A stretch of DNA of 64,000 bases from the IMG/VR virus record IMGVR_UViG_3300029288_000087; one strand, 5' to 3'. The notes beneath the pieces are model-generated. The model made no database searches. It was not told where the DNA came from and was given only the letters and a program-made list of their open reading frames with translations. The DNA comes from an uncultured virus (IMG/VR IMGVR_UViG_3300029288_000087) (Duplodnaviria > Heunggongvirae > Uroviricota > Caudoviricetes). Every line of letters begins with the position of its first letter. Position 1 is the first letter of the stretch. The translations under genes and the position numbers were made by a program. Shown piece by piece: positions 9,315 to 18,527 of the stretch.

Positions 9315-10061
9315 TCAGGCCGCGCGCTTGATGATCTGCGGTCCGAAGTGCTTTCCAGCGAGGTATCCGAGCCCGGCGAAGACGAGCAGGGTGACGATCT
9401 TCCCCGTCGAGAAGCCGCCTGCGTAGTTCGGGGGCACGAGGCACTTGGGCCGGAACGGCAGAAGGTCGGGGTCCACGTGCCCCACGTACTGGATCTCGGA
9501 CAGCTTGCGCTTCTTCGTGCTGATGTACTGGAGCCCGCCGTGATCCTTGTCGGTGTCTCCGCCATCCACGCTCTGAAGCCAGTCCTCCGCGGCGTTCATG
9601 TCCACGCAGGTGAACGTGTGCGTGAGCAGGCCCGAGCCGACGACGAGGTAGCAGCCGGGGAAGAAGGACCAGTCGGCCTTCCATGCGCCGAACTTCCGGG
9701 CGAAGTCGATGAAGCCCTTGTTGTTGCCGCCGCTGAACGCTGTGCCAGCTTCGTAGGGGAGCCACAGGTTCGGGTCTGCGACCCCGCTTCGCCGCTGGTT
9801 GCCACGCACAACGAGGCCGCAGGTGGAGACGCCAACCGTTGCGTACGTCTCGTAGTTCTCGACGTGGAAGGGCCGGTCCAGGTCCCAGTAGGCACCAGGA
9901 GGTAGGGGGCCAAGGATGTCCTCGAACTCCGCACGCGCCGCAGGGTTGCCGCTCCACGCCGAGAGGCCGATCATGCTCTTGGCGTTCGCGATGATGACCT
10001 CGCGCCGCCCCGCCGGGGTGGAAGGAGTTGCGATCTCGCGGAGAGGAATTGCTGCACCCAT
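9315..10061 (-). CDS. C-terminally anchored protein, possible CHAP/NlpC-like amidase
   Basis: STCGL...THTF...SVDGG (Cys-His-Asp order); C-terminal TM helix. Confidence 0.45.
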   Translation of the reverse strand: MGAAIPLREIATPSTPAGRREVIIANAKSMIGLSAWSGNPAARAEFEDILGPLPPGAYWDLDRPFHVENYETYATVGVSTCGLVVRGNQRRSGVADPNLWLPYEAGTAFSGGNNKGFIDFARKFGAWKADWSFFPGCYLVVGSGLLTHTFTCVDMNAAEDWLQSVDGGDTDKDHGGLQYISTKKRKLSEIQYVGHVDPDLLPFRPKCLVPPNYAGGFSTGKIVTLLVFAGLGYLAGKHFGPQIIKRAA

Positions 10062-10064
10062 GGG

Positions 10065-10769
10065 TTAGCCCGTGTACATGATCGACGCGTCGTGCATGGC
10101 CTGCGCGAACGAATACGGTTTCGGATCGTCTTCGCTGAACATGCGCCTGTATGACCAGCTTCCATCCGGGGAGTAGATGAAGATGGTGTCGAAGAACCGC
10201 TCGAAATTGTCCGCGATCTCGAACACACCCTCGTCATCAACAGTGATGTGAAGTAGCTCCGTAACAAACCGCTGGTTTGCCGGATCGCTGAGCCACTTTT
10301 TCTTGGACATGTTGTCGTCCGCGCTCCACGACTTCGCCGCGTTGTCGAATACGGCTTCCACGAACCGACGAACTTCCTCTGGCAACGCGACGCCCTTTGC
10401 GGATCGCCTTACCGCCGCGGGACGGCTACGTTCCACATCGTACCCGAACTTCCCCCCGCGCGCTTTTCGTGTCGCTTTCTCGATCGCGTCCGCGTCGGCA
10501 GTGCTAGGCCCCCACGGAGGCCGCTCTTCACCAGCTTCGCGAGCAGCCGTAGAGAACGACACAATCGACCCGACAGCCATGGCGGCGATCTGGTCGTACG
10601 CCATTGGCTCTCGCGTATCCACGACAGTGCCGTACTCGTCCTCCCATGACTTTGGGGCCTGATCCTCGAAACCGATCTTGATGCCACCTACCTCCACCGT
10701 ACCGGAATATTTGGATCGACCAAGATATTCGACCCGGATCTTCGCGTCGCCAATGTACCGCGTTGCCAT
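10065..10769 (-). CDS. Hypothetical protein
   Basis: MATRYIGDAK...; start directly follows the upstream stop. Confidence 0.7.
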   Translation of the reverse strand: MATRYIGDAKIRVEYLGRSKYSGTVEVGGIKIGFEDQAPKSWEDEYGTVVDTREPMAYDQIAAMAVGSIVSFSTAAREAGEERPPWGPSTADADAIEKATRKARGGKFGYDVERSRPAAVRRSAKGVALPEEVRRFVEAVFDNAAKSWSADDNMSKKKWLSDPANQRFVTELLHITVDDEGVFEIADNFERFFDTIFIYSPDGSWSYRRMFSEDDPKPYSFAQAMHDASIMYTG

Positions 10770-10770
10770 G

Positions 10771-11604
10771 CTACGCCGCCTTCCTCCACAACTGATGGAG
10801 CAGGAAACCAACGATCGCTCCGCCGACAACAGCCGCGACCTTCGCGCTGCCCCCACCCTTAGCGAACACCAGCTCACCGCGCGCCCACGGGGCCAGCAGC
10901 GTGCGCCACACGGCCTCCTGGCACTCGTTGGCTTGGTAGATGTGCGCCTGCTTGTCGTCGGGCGGGAAGTCCGGTGGGTACACGCCCAGGATGAACAGCG
11001 CACCGATCCCAATCGCTTCCGCAACGGGGATGCCCAGGTCGATGTCGATCGGTTTCGCGCCCACGCTGTCGCCCAACGACAGGGCCGTCTCGCGCGTCCC
11101 TGGGTAGGTGGGCGGCAGGATCTTGGAGTGCGTGACGATCATCATCTTCTCGCCGCGCGACGCGCTGGAGGCGAAATCGAGCCAGTGCTGCCCAACCTTC
11201 GTGACCCTCCAGGTCTCGCCCTTCGCTCGCTCTGCGTACGAGGGCTGCGCGCCCTTCCACCCGCCGTGCATGCCATCCACCACGTACAACGCGCTCACCG
11301 CATCGGAGTCACCCGTGTTCTTGATGATCTGTCCGATGCCCCAGCCGCCTGCGGAAAAGCCCACAAGTCCGATGAGCCCGCTCGGGTCTGCGCCATGCTC
11401 TTCGATGAACGGACGCAGGAACTCGCCACCGTGCGCGTCCTGGTAGTTCTTGACCCAGGCCTGATGGTTGTCCGAGCCCGCAGCAGAGACGGGGATCGAC
11501 AGCACGACCGGGCGCACAGATTCGTCAGGCCACAGCTCGCTCAGAAGCGGTCCGCAGATCGTCGGCGTGCAGGAGAAGTCGGTGATCAAGATGGGGCGGG
11601 GCAT
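10771..11604 (-). CDS. Alpha/beta-hydrolase-like protein with C-terminal TM anchor
   Basis: GFSAG nucleophile elbow, DGMH, late His; paralogue of 16553..17860. Confidence 0.7.
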   Translation of the reverse strand: MPRPILITDFSCTPTICGPLLSELWPDESVRPVVLSIPVSAAGSDNHQAWVKNYQDAHGGEFLRPFIEEHGADPSGLIGLVGFSAGGWGIGQIIKNTGDSDAVSALYVVDGMHGGWKGAQPSYAERAKGETWRVTKVGQHWLDFASSASRGEKMMIVTHSKILPPTYPGTRETALSLGDSVGAKPIDIDLGIPVAEAIGIGALFILGVYPPDFPPDDKQAHIYQANECQEAVWRTLLAPWARGELVFAKGGGSAKVAAVVGGAIVGFLLHQLWRKAA

Positions 11605-11614
11605 GTGGGTCTTC

Positions 11615-11911
11615 CTACTTCCAGTCGAACGCCTTCACCCAGAAGTCCAGCCCGGGTCCGTTGCCGAACGTGTGCTGAAGCCTCCTCGTGACAGCTTCCT
11701 CACACGCGGAGAAATTCGGCCCTACGCAGTCGATGTTCACCATCGTCACCAGTTGGTCTTCGTGACCCTTCTGCTTGCTGAAGTCCATACCCTTCGCAAG
11801 TACGTCCTGCGGAGCCCAAGCGTCCACAAGTTGGTAGTAGCGCTTCGTCTCGGAGATGACGGAGCTTTCCACTCGAACAACGCAGCGAATTTTGCCATCT
11901 GACATTTTCAC
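11615..11911 (-). CDS. Hypothetical protein, similar to the N-terminal domain of the adjacent gene
   Basis: IDCVGPNFSACEEAVTRRL vs VECSDPSEKACESAVRDRL. Confidence 0.7.
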   Translation of the reverse strand: MKMSDGKIRCVVRVESSVISETKRYYQLVDAWAPQDVLAKGMDFSKQKGHEDQLVTMVNIDCVGPNFSACEEAVTRRLQHTFGNGPGLDFWVKAFDWK

Positions 11912-11923
11912 GATCGTTCTCCT

Positions 11924-12862
11924 TCACCGCTGGTGCGTCTTGTCCGTCAGCGAGTCGTAGTGCTCACCTTTGTGGCCCTCGTGCAGCGTGCAATAGTGCC
12001 ACCGGCTTCCCGCCTGCCACGCGAACTGGCAGCGGTTCGTGGGGTCCAGGAAGGAGTAGCCGTGGCGAGCGTTCGGGATCAGACGCTGCGTCGCATCGTC
12101 ACACAGCGAGTCCATGTGCTGTCCACTGTGCCCCTTCTCCCTGGTGCACATAAACGTTCGCTTGCCGCTCTTCCACGTGTACTCGCACCGATTTGGGGGC
12201 TTCCAGCCCTGCGCCTTGGGATCCGTCAAGCGACTGTAGGCGTTGGGTGCCGCCCGGCCTGACAGAAACGACTTCACTTCATCCGGCGTGCCCTCGAAGA
12301 TGCGGTGCCACGCGGGTTCGTCCGGTGCCGAAAGCTCGACGACCAGGATCGGAGCCCCACGCTTCTCGGACCAGTAGGCGCACTTCTTCAGGATGCGGAC
12401 CTTGGCACCGGGGAAGCCCGCGACGTTGACGCCGCGGGAGTCGGTCGCGAACTTCTCCGCTTCCTGCGCGACCGTGGCAGCCTTCAAGGCTTCGATGCGA
12501 GGCACAGCGGCTTGAACTACGCGAGCGCTGACGTGAGAGCGCTGGGGAGTCTCGTTGTGACAAGCGTTCTTCTTCGCCCACGCGCTTGGTACTTCCTGTG
12601 CGAAAACCGTGTAGGACTTGCCAAGACGCTCAGACAGCCTGTCTCGCACAGCGGACTCGCAGGCTTTCTCGCTTGGGTCAGAGCACTCGACCACAACCTG
12701 TGTGATCTCTCTCTCGCCTTTCGTCGAACCCATCGGCGCGGTTGTCCGCAGATACGGATCTGCGCTCTTGATGTCTTCTCTCTTGAAACAATCAAGAATC
12801 ATCTGCAAGTTGTGCTTATAACACCTGTTGAAAGGCTGCTCGATAACAACATAACAGATCAT
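11924..12862 (-). CDS. Protein with two C-terminal C-x11-C-x4-GHxGxH putative Zn-finger repeats
   Basis: NRCEYTW...CTREKGHSGQH and NRCQFAW...CTLHEGHKGEH. Confidence 0.7.
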   Translation of the reverse strand: MICYVVIEQPFNRCYKHNLQMILDCFKREDIKSADPYLRTTAPMGSTKGEREITQVVVECSDPSEKACESAVRDRLSERLGKSYTVFAQEVPSAWAKKNACHNETPQRSHVSARVVQAAVPRIEALKAATVAQEAEKFATDSRGVNVAGFPGAKVRILKKCAYWSEKRGAPILVVELSAPDEPAWHRIFEGTPDEVKSFLSGRAAPNAYSRLTDPKAQGWKPPNRCEYTWKSGKRTFMCTREKGHSGQHMDSLCDDATQRLIPNARHGYSFLDPTNRCQFAWQAGSRWHYCTLHEGHKGEHYDSLTDKTHQR

Positions 12863-12870
12863 GACAACTC

Positions 12871-13614
12871 CTATATCGTCTCGACTTCAACCACCGGAGG
12901 GTTCCCCTCCCGATGCCCAACGATTCTCATTCTCCTGCCGAACAAAACCGTCTCCCTGTCATGCGCGGTAGGGGCGGCGAGGAGCCATTCCGAATGCTCT
13001 GTCGTCACAAACACATCCGTCGTCGGGCACGTCAGCTCTGCCACAACCGGGTTGCCGCGCACGACCGTCATCACGTGCTTGCCATACGCGTACTCTGTCG
13101 CCGCCTCAAACGATGGCGTCCACGACTCAAGAGGCCTCGTCTCGACAATCGTTCCGACCTTCGATGACAAGAGCTTGCCACCGTGCGCGCTGTGAAGACC
13201 TCGGTACACGGTGATGGTCGGCTTCCCGATTTTAGCTACCGTCTCGTCCGAAACCGCCTTCATTGCCAAAGCGATCTTCCTCGGATCGTAGTCCTCTTTC
13301 GCACGCTCGCCCGTGAACATGTCTCGCGTCGCGATCTGCATCTTGCCGGTGTCGTAGTGGTAGATCACGGTCCTGCTAAGCGCTCCTCGCGGGTCCAGCG
13401 TGAACCGGAACGTGCCGTCTTCGTCGTCGTACGGAGCCCCCGGTGTATCTGCCCCGGTGGCAAGCCCGCTCGCTTTCGCAATGCTCATCATCACGAGCGT
13501 CGGCTCGCAAACCGCAGACGCCCTCCACTGGCTGACCATGAACTCAAGGATCTGGCGCGTCACCGGGTCCGCAGACCAGTTGCGTCGCGCGCTTCGACTC
13601 CTTCGGCCAGCCAT
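12871..13614 (-). CDS. Putative ADP-ribosyltransferase-fold protein
   Basis: TVYRG...ESWT...DRETV (R-S-E order); leaderless start, TAGAAT 7 nt upstream. Confidence 0.55.
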   Translation of the reverse strand: MAGRRSRSARRNWSADPVTRQILEFMVSQWRASAVCEPTLVMMSIAKASGLATGADTPGAPYDDEDGTFRFTLDPRGALSRTVIYHYDTGKMQIATRDMFTGERAKEDYDPRKIALAMKAVSDETVAKIGKPTITVYRGLHSAHGGKLLSSKVGTIVETRPLESWTPSFEAATEYAYGKHVMTVVRGNPVVAELTCPTTDVFVTTEHSEWLLAAPTAHDRETVLFGRRMRIVGHREGNPPVVEVETI

Positions 13615-13692
13615 GCCCAGGATTCTACAACGACTCGCCAAATTCGACACGCGGCGCGACCCCGCCATCGGCCTGTCGCGAGATCGTATTGG

Positions 13693-14172
13693 TTACCGCT
13701 CGCTCTGCCACAGATCGCAGCAGAACATCTGCGGAGAATACGGCAACTTGGAAGCATCCTTCGGCTTGATACCCGTCGAAAGCCGCCAGTTCTGGTACCC
13801 GACGTTCGCGCACTGCGCTTGCCGGTTGAGCCACCCGCAGTTGGCGCACATGGCCCCGCCGCTTGGCACGCGGGAGCCCCACTTGTGGTCGGGCGGAAAC
13901 GCGAACACCCCGTTCTTGATCCTGCACACGCACTGGCCACCGTCCGCGTGTGTCTCCATCTCGACGAGGTACGTGTAGTAGTGCTCGTTCTCGCGAATGT
14001 GCGCCATTGCGATGGCAAAGTAGACGAAGGGATCCCCGCGCGCGATGTCGGCGTGTTCCTGCTCCACCCACATGCCGACGACCATCTGCTCGACCTGATC
14101 GTCGTTCAGCGCAACGCCCAGGCGCGAAGCGATGTGCTTCACGTCCGCGTTGCTGAAACGCTTGCGAGCCAT
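13693..14172 (-). CDS. DUF5661-like protein with C-terminal Cys cluster
   Basis: GMWVEQEH...IAMAHIRENEHYYTYLVEME. Confidence 0.6.
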   Translation of the reverse strand: MARKRFSNADVKHIASRLGVALNDDQVEQMVVGMWVEQEHADIARGDPFVYFAIAMAHIRENEHYYTYLVEMETHADGGQCVCRIKNGVFAFPPDHKWGSRVPSGGAMCANCGWLNRQAQCANVGYQNWRLSTGIKPKDASKLPYSPQMFCCDLWQSER

Positions 14173-14176
14173 GACC

Positions 14177-14701
14177 TTACTTGGAGATGAGCGTCTTGAT
14201 CGACGCCGCCGCGACGAGCACGCCGACGACGGCTGCGCCCATGGCGATCGGCTTGGCGTACTTGGTGATCGTCAGCACGATGCCCATGTACTTCTTCTCG
14301 TAGGCTGCGGCCAGCGTGTTGATCCGCTTCTCGGCGATCGGCAGCGCGATGTTCAGAAGCTCAGGGATCTTCGGCTTGGCTGCATCCACAAGTCCCGGGA
14401 TCTTCGGCTTCACCACCGTGTCGATCACTTCGGCCAGCTTCGGCTTCGCCGTATCGATCAGCTCGGGCAGGCGTGCCTTCGCAACGTCGATCGCCATGTT
14501 CGCCACGACGGGGACGACCTGATTGATCTTCTCCTCGACGGGGGGCCACACCGCGCCCAGGATCTGCTGGGTCAGCTGGCTCGCGAGCGCCGACACGTCC
14601 AGCGACCCGGTGACGCTGAACCCGAGCCCCTGAAGGTTCGGGGCGGCTGAAAGTCTGCGAACGGGAGGAGCCTTGGGGTAGACCCGGTACATCTCGTACA
14701 T
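14177..14701 (-). CDS. Membrane protein with GLG motif, amphipathic 11-residue repeats and C-terminal TM
   Basis: APNLQGLG; KPKLAEVIDTV / KPKIPGLVDAA repeats; resembles 63414..63809. Confidence 0.75.
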   Translation of the reverse strand: MYEMYRVYPKAPPVRRLSAAPNLQGLGFSVTGSLDVSALASQLTQQILGAVWPPVEEKINQVVPVVANMAIDVAKARLPELIDTAKPKLAEVIDTVVKPKIPGLVDAAKPKIPELLNIALPIAEKRINTLAAAYEKKYMGIVLTITKYAKPIAMGAAVVGVLVAAASIKTLISK

Positions 14702-14722
14702 AGGCCTGATTCTACCGCAGGA

Positions 14723-15196
14723 TCACCGGAAACTGAAAGCGATCGGGTCCGCGATGAGAAGCTCGCCGGGCTGGGCTGGCGCAAGCGAAGCTCCCGCTCT
14801 GAACTCCACGCCCTTCCCGCTCTTGCCGAACAGCGTCAGCAGGGACCGCACGTCGGCCCAGGCGCTGTTGAACTCCGCAAAGACGGTCTTCAGGTCGGGG
14901 GCCTTGCACATCTCGATACAGGCCACCAGGACCGAGTTCGCGGCCTTCAGACCCGCGCCAGCCTTCGCCAGGGCGTCGCGCAAAGGGCCCTTCACGTTTT
15001 CGGGCATGGGCACCGTGTCCACGATGCTCTGCACCTGCGCGAGCGCGAAGGCAGCATCCGCAACGATGCTCTCGGTCTTCACCAGCACCGGCATCACGAC
15101 GTTGCACTTGTTGCATCCCGACGTGGTGATCGCCGCGCCGATCAGCCCGGTCACCACCAGCAGCCCAAGCATGAACGAAACGAAGAAATGTCGCAT
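14723..15196 (-). CDS. Putative lipoprotein (spanin-like, lysis context)
   Basis: Signal peptide ending TSGC, followed by helical segments. Confidence 0.55.
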   Translation of the reverse strand: MRHFFVSFMLGLLVVTGLIGAAITTSGCNKCNVVMPVLVKTESIVADAAFALAQVQSIVDTVPMPENVKGPLRDALAKAGAGLKAANSVLVACIEMCKAPDLKTVFAEFNSAWADVRSLLTLFGKSGKGVEFRAGASLAPAQPGELLIADPIAFSFR

Positions 15197-15205
15197 CCTG
15201 TCCTC

Positions 15206-15442
15206 CTATTCGGGCATCGGCGGCAGCATGATCCGCGGCACGATGTCGTGCGTGTGAAAGTTCGCGAAGTGCTCGATGCGCCAGTAGGCCATGTCGGGGC
15301 CACGAATGCAGACCCAGTCGAATAGCTCGCCGCACTTGTCGCACTCGGCGTGGATCTGGATCTGCCCGCGCCGCATCCCGACCAGCGCGTACTGCACATG
15401 CTGCACGCGAGGGTGACGAACCATCTGCACTGCGTTGCTCAT
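15206..15442 (-). CDS. Small hypothetical protein (CxxC / HxxxH)
   Basis: ECDKC...HFANFH; RBS GAGG. Confidence 0.65.
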   Translation of the reverse strand: MSNAVQMVRHPRVQHVQYALVGMRRGQIQIHAECDKCGELFDWVCIRGPDMAYWRIEHFANFHTHDIVPRIMLPPMPE

Positions 15443-15445
15443 TCC

Positions 15446-15661
15446 TCAGCCTGCCCCAATATCTTTGCAGAAGCCCCACTTGAGCTGCTTGCACGCGAGG
15501 TACAGTACCACGGCGAAGCTGCCCATGCCTAGAGCTGCCTTCTTGGCCTGCGCCACATCCTCGTTGCTCATCTCCGGAGCGTCCTGGACGATCTTGATTG
15601 CGGCGATCGCGCCCAGCCCAACGATGAGGCCTCCTGCGAGCTGTTGGCGGGTCAGCGTCAT
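15446..15661 (-). CDS. Small two-TM membrane protein
   Basis: MTLTRQQLAGG...; ATGA overlap. Confidence 0.65.
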   Translation of the reverse strand: MTLTRQQLAGGLIVGLGAIAAIKIVQDAPEMSNEDVAQAKKAALGMGSFAVVLYLACKQLKWGFCKDIGAG

Positions 15662-16239
15662 TTGCTCGCACTCGCCGCCGGGACCGGCTTCGACGTTGTC
15701 CTGGCGACCGCGACGTTGACCGCGTAGGTCGCCACCGATCCGACGATGAGCATGGCGAGGCCCACAACGGCTGTGAACCGCGCCTTGCTCCACTCGAACT
15801 TCTGCGTCTTGAGCACCATCTGGCTCGCGTGCGCCGCTCCCAGCTTGCTCTCCAGGTCTCGGATATAGAACACCTTGCTGTTCTCGGACATGTCCTCCAA
15901 CTTCTTGGTGATGTCCGTCTTGCCCTGCTCGACCGCCCCGAGCCGCTGCTCGATCCCGCCGTGCTTGAGCGAACACACGCGGTCCTGATCGAGCTTCATC
16001 TCGGTGAAGCGCCGATCCACTTGCTGGGTGTGGCTGGTCAGTGTGGAGTTCAGCGCGATGACACCGTCCGCGGCATGCGTGGTTGCGGCCATGATCTTGC
16101 CGAACATCTCCGTGATCTCACCGCCGCTGTCTCGCACACCCTGGAGTCCTTCCTTGATCTCCTTCAGCTCACGACCATGCGCCGCGAGAATCACGCTATG
16201 CTTCGCGACCGTTGTCTCAAGAGGTTCCGGAGGGGCCAT
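15658..16239 (-). CDS. Coiled-coil protein with C-terminal TM
   Basis: Heptad pattern followed by FTAVVGLAMLIVGSVATYAV. Confidence 0.7.
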   Translation of the reverse strand: MAPPEPLETTVAKHSVILAAHGRELKEIKEGLQGVRDSGGEITEMFGKIMAATTHAADGVIALNSTLTSHTQQVDRRFTEMKLDQDRVCSLKHGGIEQRLGAVEQGKTDITKKLEDMSENSKVFYIRDLESKLGAAHASQMVLKTQKFEWSKARFTAVVGLAMLIVGSVATYAVNVAVARTTSKPVPAASASK

Positions 16240-16549
16240 CGTTGTTACCTGCGTCTTTCGCGGTTGGTTTGTCGTCTGACAGAGGCGCGGCGGGCGATGC
16301 CTTCTGTGCGCTCAGCAGCGCCTTCACAATCACATCCAGAAGCCACGGCAGCTTGAACGTCCCCTTGCTCATGGCGGGCGTGACGACCAGAAGGAGCGCC
16401 GCATGCAGTCCGTTCCAGACCCTCGCCATCGTGTGGTTCTTGGGCTGGGGTAGCTGAGCCCAGGCGACGTTGAAGATCGCCCACGCGATGACCGCGACCT
16501 CCAGCGGGTGAGCCGAGATCCATGCCCAGATTGCCAACAGGTACGTCAT
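16217..16549 (-). CDS. Holin-like membrane protein
   Basis: Small, 2-3 hydrophobic segments, charged tail. Confidence 0.45.
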   Translation of the reverse strand: MTYLLAIWAWISAHPLEVAVIAWAIFNVAWAQLPQPKNHTMARVWNGLHAALLLVVTPAMSKGTFKLPWLLDVIVKALLSAQKASPAAPLSDDKPTAKDAGNNDGPSGTS

Positions 16550-16552
16550 GTT

Positions 16553-17860
16553 CTACTCCGTGTACTTGTCCCACAGCAGCTTGCCGATGAGCCCGACGAG
16601 CGCGAAGCCGCCGACGATCTTGGCCTTCGCGATCAGCTTGGCCCGCTCGATTTCGTCCAGGCTGAACAGGTTCGTGAACACGCCCTCCATGACGCAGGCT
16701 TCGGCGTCATCCTGTCCGAATGCGGATAGGCCTATCGGCACCAAGCGTTTCGGGTTGCGCTTGATGATGGTCCCCGTGGGGCCTCGCCTGGGCGCGACTA
16801 GCGAAGCGGCAGCTTGCAGCCCGAGAACCTTTCCGGACAGCCCTTCGAGCGCGCCCTTGGTGCATTCAGTCTTCCAGCGTTCGGCGAGCACGGTGCGCAC
16901 GACTTCGCGCTGAATCACCTCGGCCTGGAACTCGTGGGCCGGGCCGCTGCTGATGACAGCGCGGCTGCACCCTGGTTCGGGTGACTGATCCTTCACGGCG
17001 ACCCCAAGCGTGATGAAGTTGCCGATGGCCTCGGCGCGCGTGACGCCGTAGGGCGCGCGAAACATCGCCTTGTGCGGGCACCCCTGCCACGCCGGGTACG
17101 GCTCCGTCCAGTACGTGCCCTGCTCGTCGGTATTGTAGCCAACGGGCCAGCTCTCCCGCGCCCCTTCCTCGACGAACAGTGCGGCTGGGTACAGAGACCC
17201 TTCGGGCCGATAGTCGCCAACGTCCTGCTTGACCAGCGAGATCAGCTTCGTGGCGGCTTCCGTGGTGGATGCGTAGGCATCACCCGGCACCACCTGCGAG
17301 TGCGACACGACCATGCACTGCTTGCCCTTGGCCGCTTCGGCGGCAAAGGCCCTGATGTTGTCGAAGTCAGCGTCGCGTACGAAGTCTTGCACCAGCGCGC
17401 CATCGATTCGCTCGTTGAACTGACGCGCGCGCGCCATGTCCACCAGCTTCGTGTCCCACGACGCGTGCATGCCGTCGCAGTAGTACACGAAGTCCACGAG
17501 CGCGCGATCCGCCGGGTTCGCAAGGATCTCGCTCACCGCGCCGCACCCGGCTGAAAAACCCATGATGCCCACGCGACCGATGGTGTAGCCCTTCGGGATC
17601 CTCAGAACTCCCGACGACCCGAGCACCCGCTTCTTCAGCCAAGGAGCGACGAACAGCCCGCCGTTCTCATCCTTGAACGACTTGACGGCAGCTTTGTAGT
17701 GTCCGCTGCCAACCATGCCGCTCGTAGCGGGAAGCGGCACTTCGGTGACGATCGGCGTGGGGGCGTTGCCCACGCTGTACATCCACAGCGTCTCAAGCCA
17801 GTCGCCCATCAGCGGCTTCGCCGAGTAGGCCGTGATCAGCACGTCGATGTACTTCGCCAT
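16553..17860 (-). CDS. Alpha/beta-hydrolase-like protein with C-terminal TM anchor
   Basis: GFSAG, CDGMH, HSQV, AHEFQA; leaderless start with TACAAT. Confidence 0.7.
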   Translation of the reverse strand: MAKYIDVLITAYSAKPLMGDWLETLWMYSVGNAPTPIVTEVPLPATSGMVGSGHYKAAVKSFKDENGGLFVAPWLKKRVLGSSGVLRIPKGYTIGRVGIMGFSAGCGAVSEILANPADRALVDFVYYCDGMHASWDTKLVDMARARQFNERIDGALVQDFVRDADFDNIRAFAAEAAKGKQCMVVSHSQVVPGDAYASTTEAATKLISLVKQDVGDYRPEGSLYPAALFVEEGARESWPVGYNTDEQGTYWTEPYPAWQGCPHKAMFRAPYGVTRAEAIGNFITLGVAVKDQSPEPGCSRAVISSGPAHEFQAEVIQREVVRTVLAERWKTECTKGALEGLSGKVLGLQAAASLVAPRRGPTGTIIKRNPKRLVPIGLSAFGQDDAEACVMEGVFTNLFSLDEIERAKLIAKAKIVGGFALVGLIGKLLWDKYTE

Positions 17861-17909
17861 GCCGCCCATTGTACGCGCAGACTCCGAAACGCCCAAATGG
17901 GGCGAGGTG

Positions 17910-18320
17910 TTACACCTTCTCGGGATCAGGACGCTTCGGAGGGACTTCGACCACGAAGCCGTCCGGGCATTTCTCGGGATTCACCGGGTGTTTCGGCTCA
18001 ACGTGCAGGCTGTGCCAGTGCTCCTGGATCTTGCCGTCCATGAATGGCGTACCGTCCCACTGCCCGGCGATCTGCTTTCGCAGTTCATCGATTTTCTCGC
18101 ACAGGACGTTCTGCGTGTGCTCGAAGTCCCGGCCCATCGCGTTCCAGAGGCGGTACCAGTAATCGCGCTGGTCCGACAGGTCGCACATCGCCTTGTTCAA
18201 ACGAAGCATACGGGCGCGAAGCTCGGTCAGCTCCTTCACCATCGCAGGCACGTCGTCGAGCCTGCCAGCGAGCGCAGAGTAGGCGAGACCGATGCGCTGT
18301 GCGAAGACCTTGACGTTCAC
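17910..18320 (-). CDS. Hypothetical coiled-coil protein
   Basis: GTG start overlaps the upstream stop. Confidence 0.6.
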   Translation of the reverse strand: MNVKVFAQRIGLAYSALAGRLDDVPAMVKELTELRARMLRLNKAMCDLSDQRDYWYRLWNAMGRDFEHTQNVLCEKIDELRKQIAGQWDGTPFMDGKIQEHWHSLHVEPKHPVNPEKCPDGFVVEVPPKRPDPEKV

Positions 18321-18520
18321 CAGCTGTTCTCCTTTTTGGGCGCGCACCATTTGAGGTGCGTCTCGGCAACGACAGATGCCGCTGCCATCCCGCCGTGCTT
18401 GCCGCAGCGGGCCACGATGATTCCGCATTTGCGGCAGAACACCCCATCGGGGGTTTCCTCTGTACAACGAGGCCCCCCGGTCGGCTCATCCTCCCCATGG
18501 GTGCACTTGTAGATTTCCAA
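18317..18520 (-). CDS. Small Cys/His-rich protein
   Basis: CTH...C...CRKC...CGKH; TTG start is inferred. Confidence 0.55.
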   Translation of the reverse strand: MEIYKCTHGEDEPTGGPRCTEETPDGVFCRKCGIIVARCGKHGGMAAASVVAETHLKWCAPKKENSW

Positions 18521-18527
18521 GCCGCAC

